The notes beneath the pieces are model-generated. The model ran no database searches. It saw only the letters and a list, made by a program, of their open reading frames with translations, and was not told where the DNA came from. 57,186 bases of DNA from Candidatus Nanohaloarchaea archaeon (lineage in GTDB: Archaea; Nanohalarchaeota; Nanosalinia; Nanosalinales; Nanosalinaceae), in assembly GCA_041640075.1 (NCBI GenBank), contig JBEQAY010000003.1:1-57186 (forward strand). Direction: 5' to 3'. How positions within the stretch are numbered: position 1 is the first letter of the stretch; each line of letters starts with the position of its first letter. A program made the position numbers and the translations under genes. Shown in pieces: positions 48,028 through 57,186 of this stretch.

Positions 48028-49395
48028 TTACTTCTCTCCAGCGTATGTGAACGCAATATCCAGTATCTCCTCCTCCTCGAAGTGATCTCCGACAAGATGA
48101 AGACCTGTAGGCATACCGTTGCTCCTGCCGTTAGGTACGGAGATCATAGGCAAGCCTGCCAGGTTTGGGCCGACAGTAAGAGTGTCCATGGCATAGACCT
48201 CCGTCGGATCCATCTCTTCAACGTCCTCAATCTTTGGAGCTATATTTGGCATTGAAGGTGAAGCGATCACATCAAACTCCTCAAATACTTCCTTGAACTG
48301 ATCGATAATCTTCTGACGTACCTTGGCAGCCTTAATGTAGTAGTCATCCCTGTAGCCTGCCATCCTGGTATATGTACCAACAAGAACTCTTCTCTTGACC
48401 TCTTCACCAAACCCTTCACTTCTTATCTCAGAGAAGTACTCATCATAGTCCTCATATTTTTCAGGATCGGCTTCACGGCCGTAACGCATCCCTGCCATCT
48501 TTGCCAGGTTAGTAGAAGCTTCAGACATCGCCAGTACATAGTAAGACGGTACTGCGACATCCTTGTGCAGCAAAGGCATGTCAACTTCTTCAACCTCAGC
48601 ACCAATCTCCTCAAACTTCTCTAAGGATTTCTCAAAGTTTTCTTTAACACCCTCTTGAAGTCCGTCAAGTTCAATATACTGTTTAGGTACTGCAATCTTC
48701 AGATCTTCTTTTTCCTCAAGATCCGAGAACTCCGGAACCTCTCTATCAACTGTCGTCTGATCGTTTTCATCATTCCCTGCAATCACTTCAAGCCCTTTAG
48801 CTGCGCCGTAGACATCCTGAGCCAGAACACCGATCTTATCAAGTGAGTTAGCGTAATCTACAAGACCGTAACGTGAAACTCTGCCGTAAGTAGGTGTGAT
48901 ACCTACCACACCGTTGTAGGCTGCCGGGTTCGTTATTGAACCTCCTGTTGATTCTCCTATTGAAATTATTGGCTGTTCAACTGTTGCAACTACTGCCCCA
49001 GCTCCTCCAGAGGAACCACCAACCACCCTCTCCTCGTCGTGAGGATTCTTAGGAGTTCCAAATGCGTTATTTGTGGAAAAAGTTCCGAAACCGAACTCGT
49101 CTTGAGCTGTCTTACCGTAAAATGTTGCACCGGCGTCCTTTAGTCTTTGAACAACTGTTGCATCGAAAACAGGTTCATAGTCTTCAAGTATTCTTGAGCC
49201 GGCCGAGGTTGTGACTCCTTCAGTGCAGATAGCATCCTTTACGACGAAAGGTACGTTCTCCAGTTCTCCGCTTCCACCTTCCTGCTGTTCGATTTCACGC
49301 ATAAAGTTCATGGTCGCGTTTTTCTGCTTCAACTGCTTGAAGAACTGGATGTTATCAAATTTTTTACCTTCCTCGAGATAATTTTTCAGGCCCAT
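48028..49395 (-). CDS. gatA: Asp/Glu-tRNA amidotransferase subunit A
   Basis: Amidase signature VKD, GGSSGG and STGGSI; YGRVSRYGL. Confidence 0.95.
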   Translation of the reverse strand: MGLKNYLEEGKKFDNIQFFKQLKQKNATMNFMREIEQQEGGSGELENVPFVVKDAICTEGVTTSAGSRILEDYEPVFDATVVQRLKDAGATFYGKTAQDEFGFGTFSTNNAFGTPKNPHDEERVVGGSSGGAGAVVATVEQPIISIGESTGGSITNPAAYNGVVGITPTYGRVSRYGLVDYANSLDKIGVLAQDVYGAAKGLEVIAGNDENDQTTVDREVPEFSDLEEKEDLKIAVPKQYIELDGLQEGVKENFEKSLEKFEEIGAEVEEVDMPLLHKDVAVPSYYVLAMSEASTNLAKMAGMRYGREADPEKYEDYDEYFSEIRSEGFGEEVKRRVLVGTYTRMAGYRDDYYIKAAKVRQKIIDQFKEVFEEFDVIASPSMPNIAPKIEDVEEMDPTEVYAMDTLTVGPNLAGLPMISVPNGRSNGMPTGLHLVGDHFEEEEILDIAFTYAGEK

Positions 49396-49480
49396 AGAAT
49401 GACTCTCGGCGGGGAATCTTAAAAATTCAAGTTAAACCTGTGCAGAGAAATTAATACTTTTACTACCAAAACATGAATCA

Positions 49481-49954
49481 ATGGATGAAATAGAGCCTGT
49501 AAAAGATTTCTACGAGTCCGAGGTCCAACAGTATCAAGCAGTAGAAACATACGCAGGACCTTTCAACTCAGCCTACTACATGGGCTCAGGCTTCGACACG
49601 ACCGCTGCCGAAACACTTGAGGCTAATGTTCTCCACACAGACCATGACTCCTTCGCTGTAGATTTTCTGGAAAGACAGGGATATAACGCAGTTGAAGAAG
49701 ATGTCACAATGTACAACCCGGAAGAAGTTTTCGACCTGATAATCCTGTCCCACCTACCTACAGTGGAACAACCGCTCATAGAGGAAAACCTTAGACCGGA
49801 AGGAACAGTAATCTGCAGGAAAGAAAACAAAGCAGAGGAAATCAACGAAACCACTTCACTAAACCTTCAGGCAGTCTACGAGGAAAGCCAGGAACTGGTC
49901 GAACAGGAAAACTTCAAAACTTCGGAAGATCCCGAACTCTACCTTTTCCAGTAG
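49481..49954 (+). CDS. Hypothetical, SAM-methyltransferase-like fold
   Basis: YYMGSGFD, EEDV and FDLIIL motifs. Confidence 0.45.
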   Translation: MDEIEPVKDFYESEVQQYQAVETYAGPFNSAYYMGSGFDTTAAETLEANVLHTDHDSFAVDFLERQGYNAVEEDVTMYNPEEVFDLIILSHLPTVEQPLIEENLRPEGTVICRKENKAEEINETTSLNLQAVYEESQELVEQENFKTSEDPELYLFQ

Positions 49955-50123
49955 CTCCAGAAAATTTATTCATGTATACACTCATTCACATGGAAGTTTT
50001 CGCCACACTTTGTGCATGTTGGGAAAAGCGGGCGATAACCGTCAAAACTCATCTCTCCACCACATTCCGGGCATTTCAGGTTAGCTTTTTCTTTAGCCAA
50101 AGTTCTTCCTCCTCCAGAAAATT

Positions 50124-50618
50124 TTATTCTTCAAGCCTGTGGAACTCGAACTCTCCTGTCTCAAGATCCATGACCACGACGTGAAGTTTTTCGTCCTGCC
50201 AGGGGAGTTTCACGCCGCCAGGGTTAATCTCAACTGTTTCACCGACTTCTTTCACTCTTTTTCTATGAGTGTGGCCTCGGAAAACGTAATCGTACTTCCC
50301 GCTCCTGGTCAGGGAATCCGCGATCTCCTCATCAGTTCCATGGTAGACTGCTATCTCTAGCCCTTCGAACTCAAGTTCGCCGATGTTACCCATCCATTCT
50401 CCAAATTCCTCCACAGAGTCTTTCAATGTCCATTCTCCGTCGTTGTTGCCTCGGACAGCGTGGAAATCGAAGTTTCGGTCGAAGAGGTCTGCGGTCGCTG
50501 GACAGATCATATCCCCACAGTGAATAACTTTCTCACAGTTTTTCTCCTCAAAGAAATCCGCTGCTTCCTCAGCCAGCTCAAAATTATCGTGGGTATCGGA
50601 GACTACTCCAAGCTTCAT
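50124..50618 (-). CDS. YfcE/MJ0936 metallophosphoesterase
   Basis: SDTHDN, HCGD, RGNND, YHG, GHTH and NPG. Confidence 0.92.
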   Translation of the reverse strand: MKLGVVSDTHDNFELAEEAADFFEEKNCEKVIHCGDMICPATADLFDRNFDFHAVRGNNDGEWTLKDSVEEFGEWMGNIGELEFEGLEIAVYHGTDEEIADSLTRSGKYDYVFRGHTHRKRVKEVGETVEINPGGVKLPWQDEKLHVVVMDLETGEFEFHRLEE

Positions 50619-50670
50619 AAGTTATACTTTGGAGAAGCAGATTTATGGTAGTTAAGTCCGAAGTTTCTCC

Positions 50671-50955
50671 GTGAGTAGAGAGATCTGGGAGACTGAGGAA
50701 ATCGATAAAGAACTTCTGGACGGGTTTCTGGCAAGATTCGAGAAAGACGCCTACCGCTCAAACAGGACAAAGTTCGAGGATATGGAGGCTGAAATCCATT
50801 TCAAGTATACTTTTGAGAGATATGCAGGTGAGGAAAAATGGACTGGACAGATCTCTGTAGAGGTCTACGACGACTACTTCCAGGCACGCGGCGATGAAAC
50901 CCTGCTCGATGAGTACTTCACAGATGAGAGAATCCAAGAACTGGAACTCGACTAA
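50671..50955 (+). CDS. Hypothetical protein
   Basis: 94-aa acidic ORF, divergent from the yfcE-like gene. Confidence 0.55.
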   Translation: MSREIWETEEIDKELLDGFLARFEKDAYRSNRTKFEDMEAEIHFKYTFERYAGEEKWTGQISVEVYDDYFQARGDETLLDEYFTDERIQELELD

Positions 50956-51005
50956 AACTCTGAGAAAATATGTGCCTGTTTCTCAATAAAAACTCAAGAG
51001 ATATA

Positions 51006-51752
51006 TTACAGTAGATCTTTTTCCTGCATGCCTTCCTCTATCTCCAGAAGCGCCTCTACTTCGTCATCTTCGAGATTGTGGTTGTTGACTTCGTCGTCTC
51101 TCTGACCTGTGATTCTTCCAAGCAGATCTTCTGCCAGTTCTTCTTCCAAGTTCTCATAGTCTTTTTCCTCGTCGTGCTGGAACTCTCTGTTCGGGAATGC
51201 TCTGTAGCCGAACTGCATCTCCTGGTTCATCGGTGCCTTGTAGAACCAGCCTATTCTTATCGGCTGGAAACCGTGTTGTCCTCTCTGGCTTTCGAGTCCT
51301 GCGTCGACTGCTGCGGTCGCCTGAACCTCCATCCCGTCAAGTTCGTCCGCAACCTGTGCACCTGACCTGGCGGAAGTTGAGAGGGATCCGATATGCCAGT
51401 GATCCAGGTCGTAGTCTAGTTCATCCACGACAGAATCTATGGTCCCAGCAGTTTCCTGAAAACCGTCTACATTCCCCATTTCATAGTCCACAGGAAACTG
51501 TTCGTCCTGTACTCCTTCATCTCCGACGCCTCTGACAATCACATAGACAAAATTTTCGCCGAACGAATCTACAATATTCTCTGTTTCGTCGATTGGTGGT
51601 GCAACGGTTCTGACCTGGTACATGAAGTCCTCGCCGTAACCGTTAGAAGAAAGCTCATCTGCAACATCAACCATCTCAGATTTTACAGAACCCCTTTCGA
51701 CGTAAACTTCGAGCGGTTCAGGTCGCCGACTTTCCGAAATAGTTCTTTTCAT
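51006..51752 (-). CDS. Hypothetical acidic protein
   Basis: 248-aa ORF directly downstream of gatC. Confidence 0.65.
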   Translation of the reverse strand: MKRTISESRRPEPLEVYVERGSVKSEMVDVADELSSNGYGEDFMYQVRTVAPPIDETENIVDSFGENFVYVIVRGVGDEGVQDEQFPVDYEMGNVDGFQETAGTIDSVVDELDYDLDHWHIGSLSTSARSGAQVADELDGMEVQATAAVDAGLESQRGQHGFQPIRIGWFYKAPMNQEMQFGYRAFPNREFQHDEEKDYENLEEELAEDLLGRITGQRDDEVNNHNLEDDEVEALLEIEEGMQEKDLL

Positions 51753-51763
51753 AAGAAAAAATT

Positions 51764-52042
51764 CTAGGCGCTTGGGCCTTTGAAGTAGCCTTCTTCCTCG
51801 TTATCCGTGTTCTGGAAGACTTCCTCTTTATCCAGTGTCTCTCCTTCCCTGTCAGGTCTTGTCTCCGAGTCTACTTCAATCGGGTGGAAAGCTGGTTCAA
51901 CGTCTTCAGTATCTATTTCATCGAGTTTGTCGAACATCTCCAGAATGCTTTCAAACTCGTCTGCGAATTCCTCTGCCTCTTCTTCATCAATGTTTATTCT
52001 TGCGTTCTCTGCTACATCTTTGACTTGTTCGACATCAACCAT
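51764..52042 (-). CDS. gatC: Asp/Glu-tRNA amidotransferase subunit C
   Basis: VAENARI, ILEMFDKLDEIDTEDVEP and EGYFKGP. Confidence 0.92.
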   Translation of the reverse strand: MVDVEQVKDVAENARINIDEEEAEEFADEFESILEMFDKLDEIDTEDVEPAFHPIEVDSETRPDREGETLDKEEVFQNTDNEEEGYFKGPSA

Positions 52043-52128
52043 GTAAACCAATATGTAGAGAAGATTTTTGTATCATCAAGGTATTGAATACTAGAGTTTA
52101 TCGAGGAATAGTGAAATTTCTCCAAACA

Positions 52129-52402
52129 TTTATAAACTAGCTTTAGGAAAAGTTAGTTAGTAAGAATCACTTATTGTTTGACTCTGGTGGGACAGGTCAA
52201 ACGGACTTGCCTTCAACTCGGTGGGACGAGCTTGAGGCGAACATCGAACGTTGATCGTCGACTTCAAGGTGGGACTTGAGTCGAATCGTGAAACATTGGG
52301 AATTTGCATGTAAGTTGGGATAACTTCTAAGGTAGAGTTAGGTCTGCCGACTTAAAAAACTTTGGTAGACTCGATGCTATCGCCGAGGACGGTAAACCAA
52401 TA
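52129..52402 (+). promoter_or_regulatory. ftsZ promoter and long structured 5' leader with three GTGGGA-loop hairpins
   Basis: TTTATAAA at ~52129; hairpins at 52176-52202, 52209-52238 and 52258-52284, each with a G-GTGGGA-C loop. Confidence 0.75.
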
Positions 52403-53470
52403 ATGGAATCAATAATCAACGACTCCGAAAACACTGAAAACCCCAGTCAAAATCTGGACGATGTCAAGGACGCTAAAATCCTTGTAGTCGGATGTGGAGG
52501 AGCTGGTAACAACCAGATCACACGCATCCAGAACAAGGACGTTGAAGGCGCCGAGACAGTAGCAATAAACACTGATAAGCAACACCTGGAGATGTCCTCT
52601 GCTGACAGAAAAATCCTTGTCGGCCGGGACCTCACCAAAGGACTGGGAGCTGGCGGACAGCCAGAGAAAGGTGCACGAGCAGCAGAAGAAAACCGTGCAG
52701 AACTACGCAACCTGTTCAAAGACGCAGACATGGCTTTCCTCACCGCAGGAATGGGAGGAGGAACAGGAACAGGAGTCACACCAGTACTTGCAGAGATAGC
52801 AAAGAAAGAAGACTGCATCGTAATCGGAACAGTCACAATGCCTTTCGAAATCGAAGGCGCAAGAATGTCAAAAGCTGAAGAAGGACTATACGAACTAAGA
52901 CAACACGTCGACACTGCAATCGTAATCGAAAACGACAAACTACTCGACATCGCAGGCGACATGCCGCTAGACCAAGCATTCGGAGTAGCAGACGAACTAA
53001 TCACAACAATGATCAAAGGAATCACAGAAACAATCTCCAAGCCTTCACTGGTCAACCTGGACTACGCAGACGTACAGGCAATCATGAACAACGGCGGAGT
53101 CGCAGTAGTAGGATACGGAGAATCAGATACCAACAGTAAAGGAAAGGAAGCGATTCACGAAGCACTCTCAAATCCTCTGCTCGACGTCGAGTTTGAAGGC
53201 GCGAACGGAGCACTCCTGCACGTTGCTGGAGGTGAAGACCTCACACTGAACGAGATCAACGAGGTCGGACAGCACGTCAAGGAAAAGCTTGACAACCAGG
53301 CACAGACGATCTGGGGTGCCCGCGTAAGAGAGGACCTACAGGGCAAGATACAGGTCATCTCGATCATTACAGGAGTAAAATCACCTTACGTCCTCGGAGA
53401 ACTCGACGAGGAAGAAGAAACAGAAGTCACAGGAGACGTCAACGACCTGGGACTGGAACTAGTTGACTAA
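52403..53470 (+). CDS. ftsZ: Cell division protein FtsZ (FtsZ2-like)
   Basis: GCGGAGNN, GMGGGTGTG and NLDYAD; KAEEGL and PSLVNLDYAD resemble the archaeal FtsZ2 clade. Confidence 0.97.
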   Translation: MESIINDSENTENPSQNLDDVKDAKILVVGCGGAGNNQITRIQNKDVEGAETVAINTDKQHLEMSSADRKILVGRDLTKGLGAGGQPEKGARAAEENRAELRNLFKDADMAFLTAGMGGGTGTGVTPVLAEIAKKEDCIVIGTVTMPFEIEGARMSKAEEGLYELRQHVDTAIVIENDKLLDIAGDMPLDQAFGVADELITTMIKGITETISKPSLVNLDYADVQAIMNNGGVAVVGYGESDTNSKGKEAIHEALSNPLLDVEFEGANGALLHVAGGEDLTLNEINEVGQHVKEKLDNQAQTIWGARVREDLQGKIQVISIITGVKSPYVLGELDEEEETEVTGDVNDLGLELVD

Positions 53471-53484
53471 AAATCAGTTAGCAG

Positions 53485-53623
53485 GCCGGGTTTTTCCGGC
53501 GTATATTAATATTTCAGACGGAAGGGCTTCCGCACGCTTGGCTGCAAATCCCCCTCCCCTCCCCCCCTAAATTTGTTACCAGGCGAGTGGAGGTCCTCCG
53601 CTTAACCTTATTCATTTCTTTTT
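53485..53623 (+). ncRNA. Structured element downstream of ftsZ with a C-rich loop (3' UTR or sRNA)
   Basis: Four consecutive hairpins, one with loop CCCCCTCCCCTCCCCCCCT, then a T-rich terminator. Confidence 0.45.
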
Positions 53624-53699
53624 CACCTCAAGGAGAATTTTTCTTGGTTTTCGAAACTAGTAAAACATTGGATACAGTATTTCAAGCTGTGAGTCAAGG

Positions 53700-54248
53700 A
53701 TGGAGAGAAGAGGTTTCAACGCTGTAACTGCTCTGGCGCTTTTACTGGGCGTGGCGTCCGCAGCGATACTTTACCTGGATCCTGAGTCCATGAGGCTGAC
53801 AGCTGCTTTAACCGGTTTATCAGGTTTCCTGCTTCTTGGTTATGCACGTGATAGGTCGGTGTCTCTCCCAAATCTTAGCCAGGTGAAGGTCGAGTTGAAT
53901 CTGGCTGAGCAGATCTTTGAACTGCTTTTACTGGTGTCGCTGCTTGTCAGCGGACCTGTCCCAAAAGAAGTCGGTTTAGGTATACTAGCTGCTCTTCTGT
54001 TCCTGAAGATCTCCGAGGAACAGATAGCCAATAATCTTAAGATGAACCTTGAATCCGGCCTAGGTGTAAGCTACAGGGTTTACACGTTGATAGGTTTGAT
54101 CGCTATCTCAAGTTTCAACAGTTACTTCCTGTTCTACGGTTCGTTCGTCTACCTGGGAATAGTGGTCTACGATATCTTCAACATTTTCTACCAGTTCTAC
54201 GAGAACAGAAAAGGTGTGAAACTGAAAAACCGTATTCTATCTAACTGA
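53700..54248 (+). CDS. Hypothetical membrane protein
   Basis: 5-6 hydrophobic segments. Confidence 0.65.
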   Translation: MERRGFNAVTALALLLGVASAAILYLDPESMRLTAALTGLSGFLLLGYARDRSVSLPNLSQVKVELNLAEQIFELLLLVSLLVSGPVPKEVGLGILAALLFLKISEEQIANNLKMNLESGLGVSYRVYTLIGLIAISSFNSYFLFYGSFVYLGIVVYDIFNIFYQFYENRKGVKLKNRILSN

Positions 54249-54311
54249 ATTGAAACGTAAAGGGTTGTACTGTCTCCCATCTATTTAATTTTTCCCGCAC
54301 CAGTTCATTGT

Positions 54312-54818
54312 ATGAAGGCGCCAATATGTAACGTATGTTTAAAGAGCGATGTTCTCTGTAGCAGCTGTGAGGAGAAGCTGGAGAACGGAGAGATAACGGA
54401 ACTCGAAATCAAAGTATCAAGAATACTGAAAGATCTCAGCAACGAGTACGGCTCACTGCGAGACTCAGAGATCAAACACGTCTACGACACGGAGAACGTA
54501 CTTGTCATCGTCACCGCTGAAGGAGACGGTGCAAAAGTCGTAGGACGTGGTGGAGAAATCGTCAAGGAGATTGCAGATAGAGTCGACAAAAGCATCAGAG
54601 TGGTCGAGGCTTCTCAGGACGACAGAGAAGTTATCAAAGGATTATTGAGTCCTGCAGAGATCGAGTCAATCAATACTGTTTTCAAGCCGGATGGACAGAG
54701 CCAGAAAGTGGTTGTTTCAGACGAGTACGAAGGTAAGATCAATCTTTCCATCGAGGAACTTGAACAGCTGATCAGCGATATCACCGGCAGCGATTACGGG
54801 ATCGCCTTCGAGGAATAG
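54312..54818 (+). CDS. Archaeal NusA-like KH-domain protein with N-terminal Zn motif
   Basis: PICNVCLKSDVLCSSC; KH motif VVGRGG. Confidence 0.85.
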   Translation: MKAPICNVCLKSDVLCSSCEEKLENGEITELEIKVSRILKDLSNEYGSLRDSEIKHVYDTENVLVIVTAEGDGAKVVGRGGEIVKEIADRVDKSIRVVEASQDDREVIKGLLSPAEIESINTVFKPDGQSQKVVVSDEYEGKINLSIEELEQLISDITGSDYGIAFEE

Positions 54819-54863
54819 AACTCTCCTGTCCATTTATAACTATCTTCTTTTCTATTTTCAGCT

Positions 54864-56654
54864 ATGAGTACTGGAAAAAACGCAAAGAACTTTATCGTGG
54901 CGATCGACCAGGAGAAGATCGAACCAGACCTGGCGAAGGAGACTGTTATCAAGTATGATCCTTTGAACCGTTCAGGCAAGGAAGGCGGATTCTACCTGAC
55001 AGATGAAGGAGAACTACACATTGACAATGACCAAGTGATGGAGGCCCACAAGATGGCCATCAACAAGTACCCCTACGACAACGCGATACAGCTGATCCGC
55101 ATGGACCGAGAGTTCGGTGAAAAAATCCACCAGTTCGGGGAAAACGCATTCAGACTTTACGGCCTGCCGGCTCCACAGGAAGGTAGAGTGGTAGGCATAC
55201 TTGGAAGGAACGGTATAGGAAAATCCACTGCTTTGAAGATTCTCTCTGGAGATATAAAGCCGAACCTTGGTCAATTCAGTGGAGAACCAGGATGGGACGA
55301 AATACTTGAAAAATACAGAGGTACAGAGCTACAGGACCACTTCAACCAGTTGAAGGGAGGAAATGTTGACGCAGCATTCAAGCCTCAGCAGGTGGACAAG
55401 ATACCGGAGTTGCACGACGGCAAAGTAAAGACACTGCTTGAGAAAAAAGACGAAAGAAACGCCATGCAGGAAGTGGCCGAGAAACTTGATATAGACAAGC
55501 TTCTTGACCGGGAACTGGACGAGCTCTCCGGAGGAGAACTACAGCGAGTGGCTATAGCTGCTACGCTTGTAAAAGATGCTTCACTATATGTAATAGACGA
55601 ACCATCATCCTTCCTGGATGTGAAGCAGCGTTTGAACACAGCTGAACTGGTATCAGATCTAGGAAATGACAGACAGGTTCTTGTAGTAGAGCACGACCTT
55701 GCAACACTTGACCTAGTGTCCTCCTCAACCCATGTCTTCCACGGAGAACCAGGAGCATATGGAATGGTTTCAAACTCTTTCTCAACGCGTCAGGGGATCA
55801 ACCAGTACCTTGAAGGATACCTGAAATCTCATAATCTGCGTATAAGAGATGATTCCATAAGTTTTGACCGGACAAAGAGAAGTCAGGTGGAGAACAAGCC
55901 AGTAGTCCTTGACTATCCAGAATTCGTGAAGAGCTTTGGGAAAGACGAGTTCTCGATGAAATCCAAAGCCGGCAAACTCCATGAAGAGGAGATACTGGGG
56001 ATACTCGGAGAAAACGGTGTAGGTAAGACAACCTTCGCAAAGATGCTTGCAGGAGCACTTGAGACAGATGAAGGAGAATCTCCAGACGCCTCTATCAGCT
56101 ACAAGCCGCAGTACCTCGAGGCTCAAGATGAGAAAGTTGAAACTGCGTTGCGGAACTACGTTAACCCGAAGAGCAAGAAGTTCAAGACCCGTATAGCAGA
56201 GCCTCTCGAACTTGAAGAACTTTACGAGCAGAACCTGAAAGAGCTTTCCGGTGGAGAACTACAGCGAGTGGGTATAGCGATCTGTCTGGCACGTGACGCC
56301 GACGTCTATCTTCTGGACGAACCTTCTGCGTACCTGGATGTCGAGTCAAGGGTTGAACTCGGTAAGACTTTGAAGAGGTTCGCAAGAAAGACCGAGAAAC
56401 CGCTGATGGTAATCGATCACGACCTGCTGCTTATGGACTACATCGCAGACCGCGCCATGATCTTTACAGGCGAACCAGGTGAAGAAGGAACAGCTACAGA
56501 ACCTATGAAGATCGGAGAAGCCATGAACACATTCCTTAAAGAAGTTGACCTGACCTTCCGGAAAGACCCGGACACAGGAAGGCCTCGCGCAAACAAGCCT
56601 GGCTCACAGAAAGACCAGAAACAGAGAAAGAAAGACGAGTTCTACGAACAGTAA
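54864..56654 (+). CDS. rli: ABCE1/RLI ribosome recycling ATPase, Cys-free N-terminal domain
   Basis: FGENAFRLYGLP, GRNGIGKST, two LSGGELQR signatures, GENGVGKTT and TFRKDPDTGRPRANK. Confidence 0.93.
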   Translation: MSTGKNAKNFIVAIDQEKIEPDLAKETVIKYDPLNRSGKEGGFYLTDEGELHIDNDQVMEAHKMAINKYPYDNAIQLIRMDREFGEKIHQFGENAFRLYGLPAPQEGRVVGILGRNGIGKSTALKILSGDIKPNLGQFSGEPGWDEILEKYRGTELQDHFNQLKGGNVDAAFKPQQVDKIPELHDGKVKTLLEKKDERNAMQEVAEKLDIDKLLDRELDELSGGELQRVAIAATLVKDASLYVIDEPSSFLDVKQRLNTAELVSDLGNDRQVLVVEHDLATLDLVSSSTHVFHGEPGAYGMVSNSFSTRQGINQYLEGYLKSHNLRIRDDSISFDRTKRSQVENKPVVLDYPEFVKSFGKDEFSMKSKAGKLHEEEILGILGENGVGKTTFAKMLAGALETDEGESPDASISYKPQYLEAQDEKVETALRNYVNPKSKKFKTRIAEPLELEELYEQNLKELSGGELQRVGIAICLARDADVYLLDEPSAYLDVESRVELGKTLKRFARKTEKPLMVIDHDLLLMDYIADRAMIFTGEPGEEGTATEPMKIGEAMNTFLKEVDLTFRKDPDTGRPRANKPGSQKDQKQRKKDEFYEQ

Positions 56655-56702
56655 ATTTCCAGGGAAAATATTAAGCAAGATGAGTACTAATTCTATAGTA
56701 TA

Positions 56703-57186
56703 ATGATATTCTCAGGAGAAAAATGGACTTCCAGCGACATGCCGGATCTGAACGGCGAAAAAGTTATCGTAACAGGTGCTAACTCGGGTATAGGTTTCGA
56801 GGTCACGAAAAAATTCGCGGAGAAAGGAGCTAACGTGGTCATGGCTTGCAGAAGTCTTGAAAGAGGAAAAAACGCTAAAGAAAAAATTGAAGAAAAACTG
56901 GAAAATCCAAGTTTAGAGGTCAGGAAACTTGATTTAGCCGATCTTTCCAGCGTCAAGGAGTTCTCAGAAGAATACCTGGCCAATAACGATGAACTTGACA
57001 TCCTCTGCAACAACGCTGGAGTGATGGCGATCCCCCGACAGGAAACTGAGGATGGCTTTGAGAAACAGTTCGGAGTAAACCATCTGGGACACTTCGCACT
57101 GACCTCACACCTGATGCCAGCTCTGAAGGAAGCTGAAGGATCAAGAGTGGTTACACAGAGTTCAGGGATTCACGAAAATGGCGAGA
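56703..57186 (+). CDS. Short-chain dehydrogenase/reductase (retinol dehydrogenase-like), 3'-truncated
   Basis: Manual translation MIFSGEKWTSSDMPDLNGEKVIVTGANSGIG ... NNAGVM ... FGVNHLGHF; no stop before the window end. Confidence 0.9.
   Translation, partial: MIFSGEKWTSSDMPDLNGEKVIVTGANSGIGFEVTKKFAEKGANVVMACRSLERGKNAKEKIEEKLENPSLEVRKLDLADLSSVKEFSEEYLANNDELDILCNNAGVMAIPRQETEDGFEKQFGVNHLGHFALTSHLMPALKEAEGSRVVTQSSGIHENGE

Noticed and set aside
52176..52284. Possible mini-CRISPR from the repeated GGTGGGAC
   Set aside because: Only 8 nt are conserved, spacing is irregular, the flanks pair as stems, and no cas genes are present.

Overview
Gene-dense archaeal chromosome segment with a strongly acidic (salt-in) proteome, moderate GC, many leaderless-looking genes and BHB-type tRNA introns; most consistent with a Nanohaloarchaeota (DPANN) ectosymbiont (inference, no database search). 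Housekeeping content: class I lysS (partial), orc1/cdc6, rpl40e (missed by the ORF track), pepF, sod, a dispersed gatCAB, ftsZ, a NusA-like protein, ABCE1/RLI, a PAN-like AAA ATPase, two polyprenyl synthases, two ABC systems, a Gtr-like glycosylation cassette and three tRNAs (Thr-GGT and Arg-CCT with introns, Gly-GCC). The best candidate for an undescribed system is the co-oriented cluster at 9790-17854. It has two paralogous membrane-anchor modules, a hyper-acidic coiled-coil protein, and three proteins that share a ~185-aa helical 'carrier' domain but end in different C-terminal domains (unknown domain, JAB/JAMM metalloprotease, PPP-type phosphatase), an architecture like a polymorphic effector system. 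Other notable items: three tandem GUGGGA-loop hairpins in the ftsZ leader with a three-UCCC loop just downstream of ftsZ, an ABCE1 whose Fe-S domain has no cysteines, a YbaK-GatB/YqeY fusion, an acidic histone-fold-like protein, and repeated tRNA-Gly 3' ends. All alignments, folds and GC counts were done by eye.
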